From Camelus dromedarius (Eukaryota): DNA of 64,000 nt. A program made the translations under genes and the position numbers. Positions 21,631 through 33,600 of the stretch are shown here, piece after piece (the stretch's first letter is position 1; each line of letters starts with the position of its first letter). The notes below the pieces were generated by a model. The model did not search any database. It was not told the origin of the DNA and worked only from the letters and a program-made list of their open reading frames with translations. Where the stretch lies: NCBI RefSeq assembly GCF_036321535.1, contig NC_087459.1, positions 27,838,001-27,902,000 on the forward strand. Reading direction: 5' to 3'.

Positions 21631-24600
21631 GATGGGGGTGGGAACCTCAACTTTCTGAGGAGGGGCCCTGCCCATTATGCCTGACCTTTCTGGGGTCCGC
21701 ACGACCTGCCCACAAGTAGAGTCACGGCGAGGGTGTGGCAGCAGTGGGAGCAATGGGGACAGTGAGATTTGCTGCGAGCACCAGATAGGGGTTGACAGGG
21801 AAGGGCCTGGGACTGGGGAGGAGGCGGGGACTGTAAGGGGCCTTAGTGAACCCGCAGGGAGAGAACGGCAGCTCTAGAGGGGAATGGGCTTTGATAGGAC
21901 AGGAGCTGGGGGCGGGGGAGGGGAGACATCAAAGGGGAGATGTCTCCGTGCACTGTTGGGGGGGTATGGTTTCAGGGGGGTGGGGTGCCCTCCAGAAAGG
22001 AGGGCTCTTCCTCAGTAGTTCTGAAACCCTTAGTAGCTGAGAATGTGCACGTGAAATGCCCTGGGGCCCAGGGGCTGTCCCGGGGCTTCCGTGCTGTGCA
22101 TTTGGGAAGGGAGGGCAGGGAGGGCAGTCATGAAGAGTGAGTGGTCAGGAAGCCAGGGCCGGTGCAGGATGGGATGTCTGGGTATAGCTGCTGTTGTGCC
22201 CTCCGCTTTACCTGAGTCATTGCCTTTAATCCTTACAACCACCCAGCAAGGTCATTCTCACCATTCCATTTTACAGATGTGGAAACCGAGGCTCAGAGAT
22301 GAGAAATGCTGGCTCCAAGTGGCAGAGCAAGGTCCTGAGTCTAGGGCTCCTAACAAACACTGATATCTAGGACTTTCCCTGGTGCCTGGCCAGATTTGAG
22401 AAAGTTTCTAGAGACCACTGCCCACCCTTCTCAGTAGGTGCCAGAGCTGAGCTACTAGATCCCATCGCTGACTCCCTCGTATGCAGCTTTAGGCAGCTCC
22501 CTGTCCCCGAAGCCTCAGTTTCCCCTGCTGTAAACTGGAGGTCGAAATCCCTCTCGGATAAGAGCTGTGGAAAGTACAAAGCTTGAGGGATGCTGGCTGC
22601 CTGGAGGAGGGGGCAGGGGCAGGGAAGCCCAGAGGCAGCCTAGGGTCCAAAGTCTGCTAGACTGCAGCCTCCCCACCCCTGGGGCTCCTCAGCAGGCTTT
22701 CAGATGCAGAGAGGTGGCGGACTGGGGAGTAGGGTGCAGGAGAAGGGGGCAAGGGCATCTTCCTCACATGCACAGTGGCCCCTGTGAGTTTCCCAGCATG
22801 CTCAGTGCTGTGAGCAGTTCCAGTTCAAGGCCCCCTGGGCCTGACGAGGCCAGGCTCAGCAGTTACCATGGCAATGGGTGAGGGAGGGTGCTGAGTTGGG
22901 TGGGTTTCACTGTGTGGGAGGAGTTCTGGTGGGAGCTGGGAATGTGGTCTCCGGTGGAAAGTCAGATGAGCTCTGAAAAGGGTCTCAGCCTCCAGTCCCA
23001 GCCTCTAAGCAACCCCCATGCTGGCACGGGTATCTAGGTCAGCTTGGCCTCTTCTGGCTGGTGGCAGCTGGGAGGAGCAGCCCCTCCGTCTGTCGCCTCC
23101 CTCCCCATCCCCGCAGCGTTGGCCCTGGTGCCTGACTCTAGGCTCTCACAGTGAAACTGTGGACTCTGCCTACCTGGTAGCCATGGTGCCAGGTTCCCTG
23201 CCCAGCCCTGCCTCTGCACAGCCAGGGGCCTCAGCCCAGTGCCTCCATCCCCAGGGGGAAGGGCCACCAAGTTCTGTTGGTTCTGCCTACAGAATCTCTT
23301 TCCTTGCCCTGCCCTCCTGCCTACTCACCTCCCCGCACCTCCTTTCCTCTGTGTTCCTAATAGTGGCTGATGTATGCAACTCTGACCTGTCAACCCTCTC
23401 TTAAATCCAGCTGTGAACCCGCCCTACTCCACCCCTCAATTTGGGCCTTCACAGCCCTGCTTTTGCATGTATTTGGGTCTTGTGCCTTCAAGCACTTCCC
23501 TTTAAAAGCACTGGAAAACTCCTATTCATCCTTCAGGACCTCTTTCAAACTTCTCTCCAGGGCTTTCCCTGGTGCCCTTGGGCAGTGTTCCTTGATCCTG
23601 TTCTGTGACCTCCAGCACTTTGGGTCAGCTGGAGTTAGGAGGAAGCCCTTGGTAGCAATTGCTTCTTCCTGGGCTGCCTGTGCCTCGTGACTGCACAGGA
23701 ACCGTGATTCATTCCTCCTGGCATTCTGGGTGCCCTGAGGGACACCTGGTCCATAGTAGGGGAGATTAATAGGTGCTGAGGACCTTTGCATTTAATCTTA
23801 TTAGTCCTAGAAGGTTTGTAGATGCTCAGTTTGTGGATGGGGAAACAGGCTCAGCACGTGGTAGTCCTTTGGCAAGGCCGCACGCAGGCAGATAGAGAAG
23901 TCAGCCCACTCTGCTGCTGACAGACAAAGCATCCCAGCTGGACCCAGGCTGCAAGCTTGCCATGGGGCTCAGTGGGGACTGAGCCTCGAAAATGTCATGC
24001 AGAGCATCTGGCTCAGGCGTGGCAGGAGTTTGGAGAGCACAGGAGGCCCTCCCTGAGTGCCGGAGGCAGAGGTGGTGGTGAGCCTGCCCTACTGTGCCTC
24101 ATCAGTCCCCAGCCTGTCTCCTGAGTGGCATCCCTTCCAGCTGGGGCTTGTTTACTTCTGAGGACGGGGAGCTCACCTTCATCCATGGTGGCCCATATTG
24201 ACTGAGACAGTTCTGAGGCAGGACCGTCATGATGCAGCGACCACTTGCCTCCCTGCCACTTCTGCTCATGGCTTTTTAGTCCCCTTAAGGGCACAGCACA
24301 CAGCTGGGCTCCCTCCTACCAACAGCTCCTAGAGCCCCCCTGTTTCTGTCCTGCTCCCTCCCACTCATGGTCTCCCAACCTTGGGTACCTGAGTCAGCCA
24401 GACAGGCGGGGAGTCTCATGGTGACTGATGACCCACTGGCTCCCACGCCCAGTGGCCCTGGGGACAGGCCCGGGGCTATTTCAGGATTTGTCCTGATCCT
24501 TCCCCTTCCACAGCCTGGAAACTGCCAAGGCCCTAAATATAGAGGCCCTGCAAGGAGCCAGGCTAGGCCAGCCGCGGCAGTGAGTGGCTTGGGGAAGGAG

Positions 24601-27600
24601 AAGTGGGAGAGGGGACCGACCCAAGGGTCTCATCAGGGCAGAGAACACTGGGCAGGGCACAAGTCCCAGCCCCTGACCAGGGACTGTGGTTGGGCCCAGG
24701 TCCTTAAATCCAGCCTCAGCCCACTCTTGACACTGTCCCCTCCCCACTCTAATGCAGCCACCGAGCTCATAACTGCCCAGGCACCACCAGGTCTGTCTCT
24801 GCCCGCAGGCCTTTGCCCACCCTAGTGACCCTGCCTGCAACAGGAGCCCCAAACCTTCATTTCTTATTAGAGATTCATTCATTGATCTGAGCTGTGGCAG
24901 TGCTGAGCTTACAAGGAAAAACAAGAGATTCCTTGCCCTGGGGAATCCCCTGGGGAGGCCTCAGGTGAGGAGGCAGGAGGAGGGCAGAGGAGGCATTGTG
25001 GGTTGGGGGGCAGCCTACACAGGTCTCAGCCTGTTCTGAACTCTCCCTCCTTCCTCCACGTTCCTTGTTCAAATACACGTGCAGCTCCTGGGCCCTGCCA
25101 CCCAGCCCAGCTCCTGTGGTGCCCCAGGGCTTGATTCCTTGAGGCCCAGAGTCCCCTGGCTTTGGGGTGGTGGGATGCAAGCTGGGGTGGCCTGAGTGGC
25201 TCTCTGGAGGACAGGGCTCTGGAGGACAGTGATGGGGGAAAGGGATACAGGCAGAAGAGCAAGGAGTCCAGGGAGGTGCTAACGTTTACTCATCACCTCC
25301 CATGGGCTGGCTCTCTCATCATGTCAGGGACCCGGGGAGCTACCCCGGGAGCTGGCATTATCGGTCCCATCGTAGCAGGGTGGGGACCGCATCTTGGGGG
25401 ACATTTTCCGTTGTTTGTGTCCAGTGGCTTCCTCTGCCGGAGGATCCCCTTTTGAGAAGGGAAGCTGCGCTTGGAATTCCCCAACCTCCAGCATGCAAAC
25501 ACACTTCCTTTTTATCGACGCCAGGCCTGAAGGGCACTTCTGGAGATGTCCTCACCCCCACTTCTTGCCCAGTAGTGGCCCTGGGCCTGGCCAGGACTGC
25601 CCTCGGCCCCAGAAATCCTCCAGCAACAGAGACAGGAGAAGCCAAGCAGTCCGGGTTGCCTTCCCCACCCCCCACTCTCCCAGGTGGCTGGGAACTTGAG
25701 GTCCACTGTTAGATTCATTCGTTCATTCATTCATTCACTCACTCATGCATCAGACACTCAGGAGATCCCTATCTTGTGCAAGCCCTGTCAACACAGAAGT
25801 GGTCCCCGCCCTCGGCGCTCATGGTCAGACGGGGAGGCAGCTGACGGTACCTCACTAGCCGTGCTGGGATGGAGGGCCAGGCAGTGGGGTGGCCGGGGAG
25901 ATCCCTGCCTCTGAGCTAGGGGAGAGCACTTACGGAGGGGGCTGAGGAGGGATCTTGGAAAGAGTGGGAGGGCGGTCCAGGCAGGAGGAGCAGCAGGAAC
26001 CAAGGCTCAGAGGAGAGGCTGAGGGCTGACTTGGGTGTTGAGGGTAGAGGTATCCCTAGCTGGTGTGAGGCTTTTATGACTGTAGTTTCTGGCCTCCCTG
26101 GGACGGGGCGGGGGTGGGACGGGGTGGGAGCAGGCAGAAAGGAGAAGCGTCCTTAGCTAAGCTGGAGAAGCGGTGAGCAGTGGGGCAGGGGATCCTTGGT
26201 GCCCCATCCCAGACCAAGGGTGGAGGCCCATGTTTCGACCTGAGGAGTATTTGGGCCCCAGTCTAGGACCCGGTGCCTCAGCCCTGACTGTCTTTTTCCT
26301 GGGGTCACTGGGAGCCCCTGGCAGAGGGAGGAGGGGTGCCCACAGCTGGCCGCCCCGTCAGTCCCTCCCTGCCCCTCCCTCCTCAGCACCGGCAGCAGCG
26401 ACCCCTACTGCATCGTGAAGGTGGACAACGAGCCCATCATCAGGTACCGCCCCTGCCCGGCCCAGCTGCCAGCCCCTCCTCCCGGCCCATTCCAGCTCAC
26501 ACACCTGTGCGGGGGGGTGGGGGTGTGTGTGTGAAATCTGTGCGGAAATTGCGAGGACTTGGAGCATCTGATCCCCTGGGACCCCATCAGGCCCTGACAA
26601 CCTGCTAGAAGGTATGAAAGACTAACTAGTCTTGCTAATTACTGACCTTAAGGCCCATCAAGGCATTATCTACTTGGGCTGGGCACTCAGCCAAGGGCCT
26701 CTCACCAACTCTGTTCCTCTTTACAACCTTTACAGGCCACAAAAGGGACAGATGACGATGATTAGTAACAACAGCTGTCACTTAGGGAGCACGTCTCTGC
26801 CAGGCCCTGTGCTAAACCTTTTCCAGCCCGTTTAATACTTACAGTGAGCTCCGTACACTCATCAAATCCCATTTACAGATGAGGAAACTGAGGCTCAGGG
26901 AGACTAAGTAACTTGCTCAGAAGGGCCACTCCTCCTGGGTGTCCCTTTCTCTATGGACTCCACAATCCTGGGCAGGATCTTTGCTGTCTGGGCCCTCTCT
27001 CACCCAGGCCTTTCCCTCAGAGTTCTTGGCCAGAGCCTCTCTGCTTTTCTGCCCCCCCTGAGTGCCCACTGCTGACCATGAACCGAGGCTGCCAGACTCA
27101 CAGTTCTTCCCACCTGCTTTAAGGCCCCAAGCCTTTTTCCAGATTCTGTCCTAAGCACGGATACCACAGGGGGAGAGTTGCCAGATGTTTCCAATTGTCT
27201 CAATGACAGACAGGGAAACCAGGCCCCAGAGTTCAAGGACCTGTCTGAGAAGTGGTCGGGTGAAGGTGATCCCCTGAGCCTTCATCCGGGTCCTTGTGGA
27301 TTTTGGCTCCTCACAATCCACATACCCTGCTGAGCCCCATGAGTTGACGGCTCTGCCCTGGGGGGTTGGCCAGAGCTAGGTGCGGCTCTGCCCAGACAAG
27401 ACCTCTGCGGGTCAGGCCCTGGACCTTGGCTCCCAGGCCCCCCAGGAGGACTGTCCAGCTCCAGAGTCAACTTGGCCATCCCCCTGCCTCCACCCTCAGC
27501 GAGTCTGTTCAGCGTCAGGAGCTGAGGGGAGGCTGGGAGGCTGAGTGATCCTGGCTCTGCTGCTGTCCTGCTGTGTGACCTGAGGCCAGCCACTGCCAAC

Positions 27601-30600
27601 TCTGGTCTGTTTCCTCAGATGGAAACTGGCCTGATTGATGCAGCCTGTGCCCCACCCGGGGCAGAGAGGACAGTCAGGAGGAATAATTGGTGGTGGACGG
27701 TGGTATCTGGGGCAAGGAGAATCATCACAGAGCAGAGCAGTTGTTCCCGGGAATGGAGGGGGAGGTGAGGAAGGGTGACCTCATAGCATGTAGCCTTCCT
27801 TGTTCCAACCTGGGGCCTGCGGGTGGCCCCGGGCAGGTGCTGAGTGTCCCCTCCTGTAGGACAGCCACAGTGTGGAAGACCCTGTGCCCCTTCTGGGGCG
27901 AGGAGTACCAGGTGCATCTCCCGCCCACCTTCCATTCTGTGGCCTTCTACGTCATGGACGAGGATGCCCTCAGGTGGGTGGGCCCCCACCCTTTAGCTGG
28001 GGCCCGGACCCTGCCATCTGTCCCTCTCTGGCCCATTTCACTGCTGGAACTGCTGGTCACTTTGCATCCTTTTTACAGCCTGGAAGGAGGGGAGCCTGGG
28101 AGGGTCTGGAAGGTGCAGAGTTTGGATGTGTGGTGTGTGTGTGTGTGTGTGTGTTTATTCACTGTGCCCCCACCATGTCATGCATGTGCATGTGCACTGG
28201 GCTGCATGTGCCCGGGGATATGAGCTAGGAAATGGACTCCTGGAGGGAAGAGCTTGGCATGTGTGTGGGCACATGGGTCAGTCTGTGTGCAGGAACGTGT
28301 CCAAGGCCCAGATTCCAGAATCCAGGTCTACAGAAGGGACAAGGGTCCTATCCCATATGACTGGAGTGTTAGCTTCTCTGCTCTCCACAGGGGCCCCCCT
28401 GAACAGGGCGGGTGGGGGTCCTGGGCTCCACACAGAGCCCTGCCCAGCTCCAGCTCCTTCTCTACCCTCCAGCCGGGACGACGTGATCGGGAAGGTCTGC
28501 CTCACCAGGGACACCCTGGCCACTCACCCTAAGGGTAAGATCCCCAGGAGGGAGTCCGCTCCTGCTTCTCCCACCCCGGCCCCCACACTGTCTGCCCACC
28601 CCCACTCAGAGACCTTTCCTCTGGGCTCCTTCAGGCCCCCATGCTCAGGAAAAGCCATTTCTGCCCACCCCGGAAGGACCTGGGCCCTCTCCATCTCCGG
28701 CACCCCGGCCTCTGTGCCCTATTCTACCCCCGGGTGGGGACTGCATACCCCAGGGGTAAAGGGGGCTTCTAGGGATGGGGTCTGAGGCCTCTGCAGCAGA
28801 AGAAGGGGCCTCTTTATGCTCTGTTGCTGAGGTATAGGGACCCTTTCTCCCAAGCTGGCTGGCTCTGTAGCCCCTGGGGTCCCCTCAGCGTGAGTCCCAG
28901 TGTCCTAAGCCTGAGAGGTCAGCCTTGAGCCAGGCAAGGCTGGCAAGCCCCTTGGATGACTCTGGGGACACTGACACAGTTTGGAAGGGTCAGCCCCACT
29001 CCAGCCTCGCTCTGTGACCTGGGGCAGGTGCTGCCTCCTCTAGGCTGAGTCCTCATCTGCCAGAGCAGACCAGGAGCTCTTAGGTGCTGCAGGCTCTGCA
29101 GGCCTGGGCCCCTTTGAGTCTCAAGGGGCGTCCCCAGCACACACCTGCTCCTGTCTGTGAGTCTGGGGCAAGCCTGGGGGAGGGCTGGGGACTTCGCTGA
29201 CTTCCGGAGCCTCTTGGCCTCTGCCAAGCCAGTGGCCTCTCCTGCCCGTGGCCCAACCAGCCCCTCAGGATCCAGTGGCCCCAGTGATGCCATTTCCTTG
29301 TCACTTCCCTGTTTGGGCTGAGGCCCTCCCCTCAGCAGCCCTGGATGAGAGCCACTCTCCCCTTGTTTTAAGATGGGAGAACTGATGCAGAGAGGGCGGT
29401 CCCAGGATGGGTCAGGGTCAAGGCCACCAAATGCAGCGTGGCACAGTAGTGAGGATACAGGGGTCCCTGGACTTGGACTTGAATCCAGACTCTTTTAACT
29501 GCTGTTGTTCAGCTTCTGAACCTCAGTTTCCCCATCCGTCCCTGGAGACAGCAGCCGCTGCCTCAGAGGAGCTTGAGCAGATTCCAAGGGGACTGCGGAG
29601 GGGCCCGTGGTGCCTGGCAGGGCTGAGGGTGAAGAGCCAGGCCTCTGGCTGAGCCACAGTCCCTCAGGTTTCAGTGGATGGGCCCGCCTGATGGAGGTCG
29701 ACCCTGACGAGGAGGTGCAGGGCGAGATCCACCTGCGGCTGGAGGTGGTGCCGGGGACCCGGGCCTGCCGCCTGCGCTGCTCTGTGCTGGAGGCCAGGTG
29801 AGCTGTGGGGGCTGCGGAGCTGGGCAGTGGGCCCCACTGTGGATGCGGGGCCTCCGCTCCCTGACTCCCCCTCCTGGCCCTGTGCTTTCTCCCAGGAAAG
29901 GGGGCTCTCAGGGGGGATTGGGGAAGCTTCTCTGCCCTGAAGATTGTTTCCCAAACAACCCCACTTGGGAAGGGATGACGTTCTAATGGTGGAACTTCAG
30001 GCGTCACAGAGCAGTGGGGGTAATGGGTGAGGGGGACCCTGAACTCTGCCCATACAGCCCCGGTGCCAAGGCTGGGCGTCCCCCTGGTTTAACTTTAATA
30101 TGAACTTGGCCTGACATGTGAGGGGGAAGTCCTCAGTGGGATGGGGGGAGGTGAAAGGAGTTGCTGAAAATCTCCAGGTGGGAGTGTGGGGTTCTCCCCA
30201 GGAGGGACAGTGACTTGGATGGGAAGATGGGCCTGTCACCTGGGACAGGGACCCCCCTCCATCCCGACCAGGGTATTTTTAGCTGCAGGCTCCACTCCCG
30301 CCTGGGCCTGAGTGTGAGTCACACACACTCCAGAAGAAGCTTCCTTTCTGGCTCCAGCCCACCTCCACCGGGGCCTTGGCTGCCTCTGGGGCGGGAGTCC
30401 GGGGCGGCCCCCAGCCTCCACCTGCCACCCGTGGAGGGACACGCTGCCAGCCAGCCACCTGTGCAGGAGTGTCCCCCTGGCAAGCTGGCTGGCCTCTCTG
30501 GGAGGAAGCTCTCCCTCCTGAGAACGAGGCCCGTGGCTTTATTTTCTGTCCCAGGGCTGGATATAGAAGAGGCCCAGCCAGACAGAAAAGAGCTGGACTT

Positions 30601-33600
30601 GGGCAGAGTCAAGGTCATGCTCCCTAGGCTCTGTCATCCTCACACGCCATCCAGTCCCTTCTCACCCATTTCCTCCTTCCTCAGCGTCACCTGGCACCAG
30701 GCTCTCTGTGACCCAAGCATACACAGGCTCACACACGCACTCACACTGCCCAGGCTGTCGGGGACACAACGGCTGGGCCAGCCTGGGCGGGTGAGGGCAG
30801 CGGTCGGTCAGATGTCTCTTTGGGTGTGAGAGGACTCGTGCCCCACTCTCCTCAGCTCAGACCCCCATAAGGAGCTGCCTTTGTGGCAGAGGCCGAGAGA
30901 ACATTTTCTCCTCGTCTCTCTGGGCAGAGTGTCAGCGCCAAGCTCAGGAATTCTATTAGGCAGTTCTGAGGAGGAAAGAAAAGCAGGCGTGAGAGGCTTA
31001 AGATGTAAAAGATGGCAAAGAGCAGAAAATCACATTTACAGGGAATGAAGAGGGGTGGGCTTCGTGGTTCTTCCACAAAGGGTTCTAAGCCTGGGACGCA
31101 CGAGCAGGCTTGGGCTTTGTAAAGGCCCATCTGTGGAGAGAGGGTAGCGTGACGGGCCGGGCTGCTCTCCAAGCCACCCCCCCCAAGTAGGGGGAGGTTG
31201 TGGGGACAGGCCTGCTAGAAGCCCATTATTTCACTTAAAGGGATTATCTTCTCCATTTTACTGATGAGGACACTGAGGCTCAGAGGGGTGGCCCTTGCCC
31301 TCGGCACAGAGGGCGGTGGCGGGCGGGGCACCCCTGGCCCGGGCTGTCTCACAACTGCATTTGCCTCGCCTCACCCATCCGCCAGAGGAGGCACTGCAGC
31401 TGGTCTGCAGCTGCGGAGTCAGGAGCTTTTGAGGATCCTTAGCCTGGTGTGGGGGCCACATGGGGGCCCGCCGGATACATGCAGTGGGAATCAGGGTCCA
31501 GAAAAGGGTGAGGCACTCTTGTCACCCAGCTTGGCAGCACCAGGAGGTGCTCAGGCCTTTCCAGCCTGGTGTGGTTACCCCACAGCGGTGGGGTGATAGC
31601 TGGGGGAGGCTTGGTGACAAGTGGATGCTCTGCTCCCGCCCAGGGACCTAGCCCCCAAGGACCGGAATGGTGCCTCTGACCCCTTTGTCCGCGTGCGCTA
31701 CAACGGCCGGATGCAGGAGACCTCGGTGAGGAGGCCGGTGGGCTGGGAGGGGGCAGGGGTTTCTTTCACCATCACCTGGGTGGTCAGGTGGGGACTGCAT
31801 TCTTACAGAGGAGGCTCAGAAAAGTGGGGTGACCTCTCCGAGGGTGCACAGTGGGTCCCAGCCCTTTTGGTGCCAATTCCTGTGGCCTCAGCCACCTGTC
31901 ACTCCTGGCTGGGCTGGGCCAAGACAGCTCTCCTGGGGTTAATCTGCAAAGTCCACACTGCTTTTCTCACCTCTGGGAAACAGCCAGGGTGGTGGGCTCA
32001 GCCCTGGCGGGGAGAGCATTGAGACCTGGGTCCTCAGTGCAACCTGCTACCTTTCTGCTGTGTGGCCTTGAACAAGTGCCTTACTAGCTCTGGGCCTCAG
32101 ATGCCTCACTTGAGAAGTGAGTAGGGATTTGGACAGGAAGTTCTTATGTCTGCTATTTTGGGGCCTTTGCCTGGACCAAGGAGAGGAAGCTGCATCAGGG
32201 CCCCTGGGGGGCACCCAAGGGAGGTGTTTTGGTGGCTCTACCCCATGGAGTCAGCCCTACCCCCACTCACCCCTTTCTGGGCAGATCGTGAAAAAGTCAT
32301 GCTACCCACGCTGGAACGAGACGTTTGAGTTTGAGCTGGAGGAGGGGGCAGCGGAGGCGCTGTGCGTGGAGGCCTGGGACTGGGATCTTGTCAGCCGCAA
32401 CGACTTCCTGGGCAAAGTGAGCACCTGCCCCTTCAGGCTACACCTGCTGGCCTCCATTCCAGCCGTCCTGTCCCGCTAGCTGCCCTGCAGAGGGGCACCC
32501 AGGAGACCTGGGACTTCCCAGAGTCAGCTACTGGTGCCCAGGGACCCTCAGAAGGCACCTCCCTTCTCAAAAGAAGAGTCACTGGCAAGGAAGAGATGTA
32601 AGGATCCCAGCCCCAGGGTGCCCCCCCACCCCTCTGCCCTGCCCCCAGGTGGTGTTCAACGTCCAGAGACTGTGGGCGGCCCAGCAGGAGGAGGGCTGGT
32701 TCCGGTTGCAGCCCGACCAGTCCAAGAGGCGGCGGGAAGAGTGAGTACCTGGGGCTGGGCTGGCAGGCCAGCGGGGGTCTCTGCGCCCCCGGGAGGCTGA
32801 AAGTTGACTCCCCAGGCAGGCAGGGGTGCTGATTAGGGGTGGGTGATGCAGCCCTAGGCTTCTTTTAACCCTTGCCCACCAGGCCAGCATCCTTCTCCAT
32901 CTGGTAGAATCCCGCCTCTTCCGCCTTCTCATGGTCCTGGACTCAGCCCTGTCCTTGGAGCTCCAGGGCAGAACAGGTCTCTGTTTTCTACCTTCTGGTA
33001 GATTCTAGAACCAGCCTTCAGACCCTTTCCCTTTGATGGTTTCTCTGCAGACCTCAGACCAGAGTTTAAGCCCCCAGAGCTCCGAGTCAGTGTCCCTGAG
33101 CCATAGCTCTGACTCATCCCCAGATTTTCCAGGAACAGGGTTACCAGATAAAATGCAGGATGCTTGGTAACACTTGAGTTTCAGGTCAACCCTGGGTAAT
33201 TTTTTAATATATGTCCATGCAACATTTGAGACAAACATGTTAAAAATACTCAGCTTAACTGGGTGTCTTGTATTTTTAGTTTGGTAAATCTGGCAGCCCT
33301 GTCAAGGGAGCCCTCCGGCCACCTTGTCCACTACTTAACCTGAAAGTGGAGGGTCGGCCAGGACCCCACCTCAGATGGGGGCTCTGGCTCTCTGTAGAAG
33401 GCCCCAGACGCCCCCCCATCCCCACCCTCAACAGGGCAGGGTCAGGGCGCACGGCTGTGTCCAGCTCCAGGCATCTCCATGAACCAGCCATGGGTGGCCT
33501 TGATAGCCGCTACTGCAGGTGAGGCCGTGGGTCACTCAGTGAGCTGAGCTGTGCTGCGGGGCGGGAGCCTTGGAGACTGGTACGCGTTGGTCAGCGCCCT

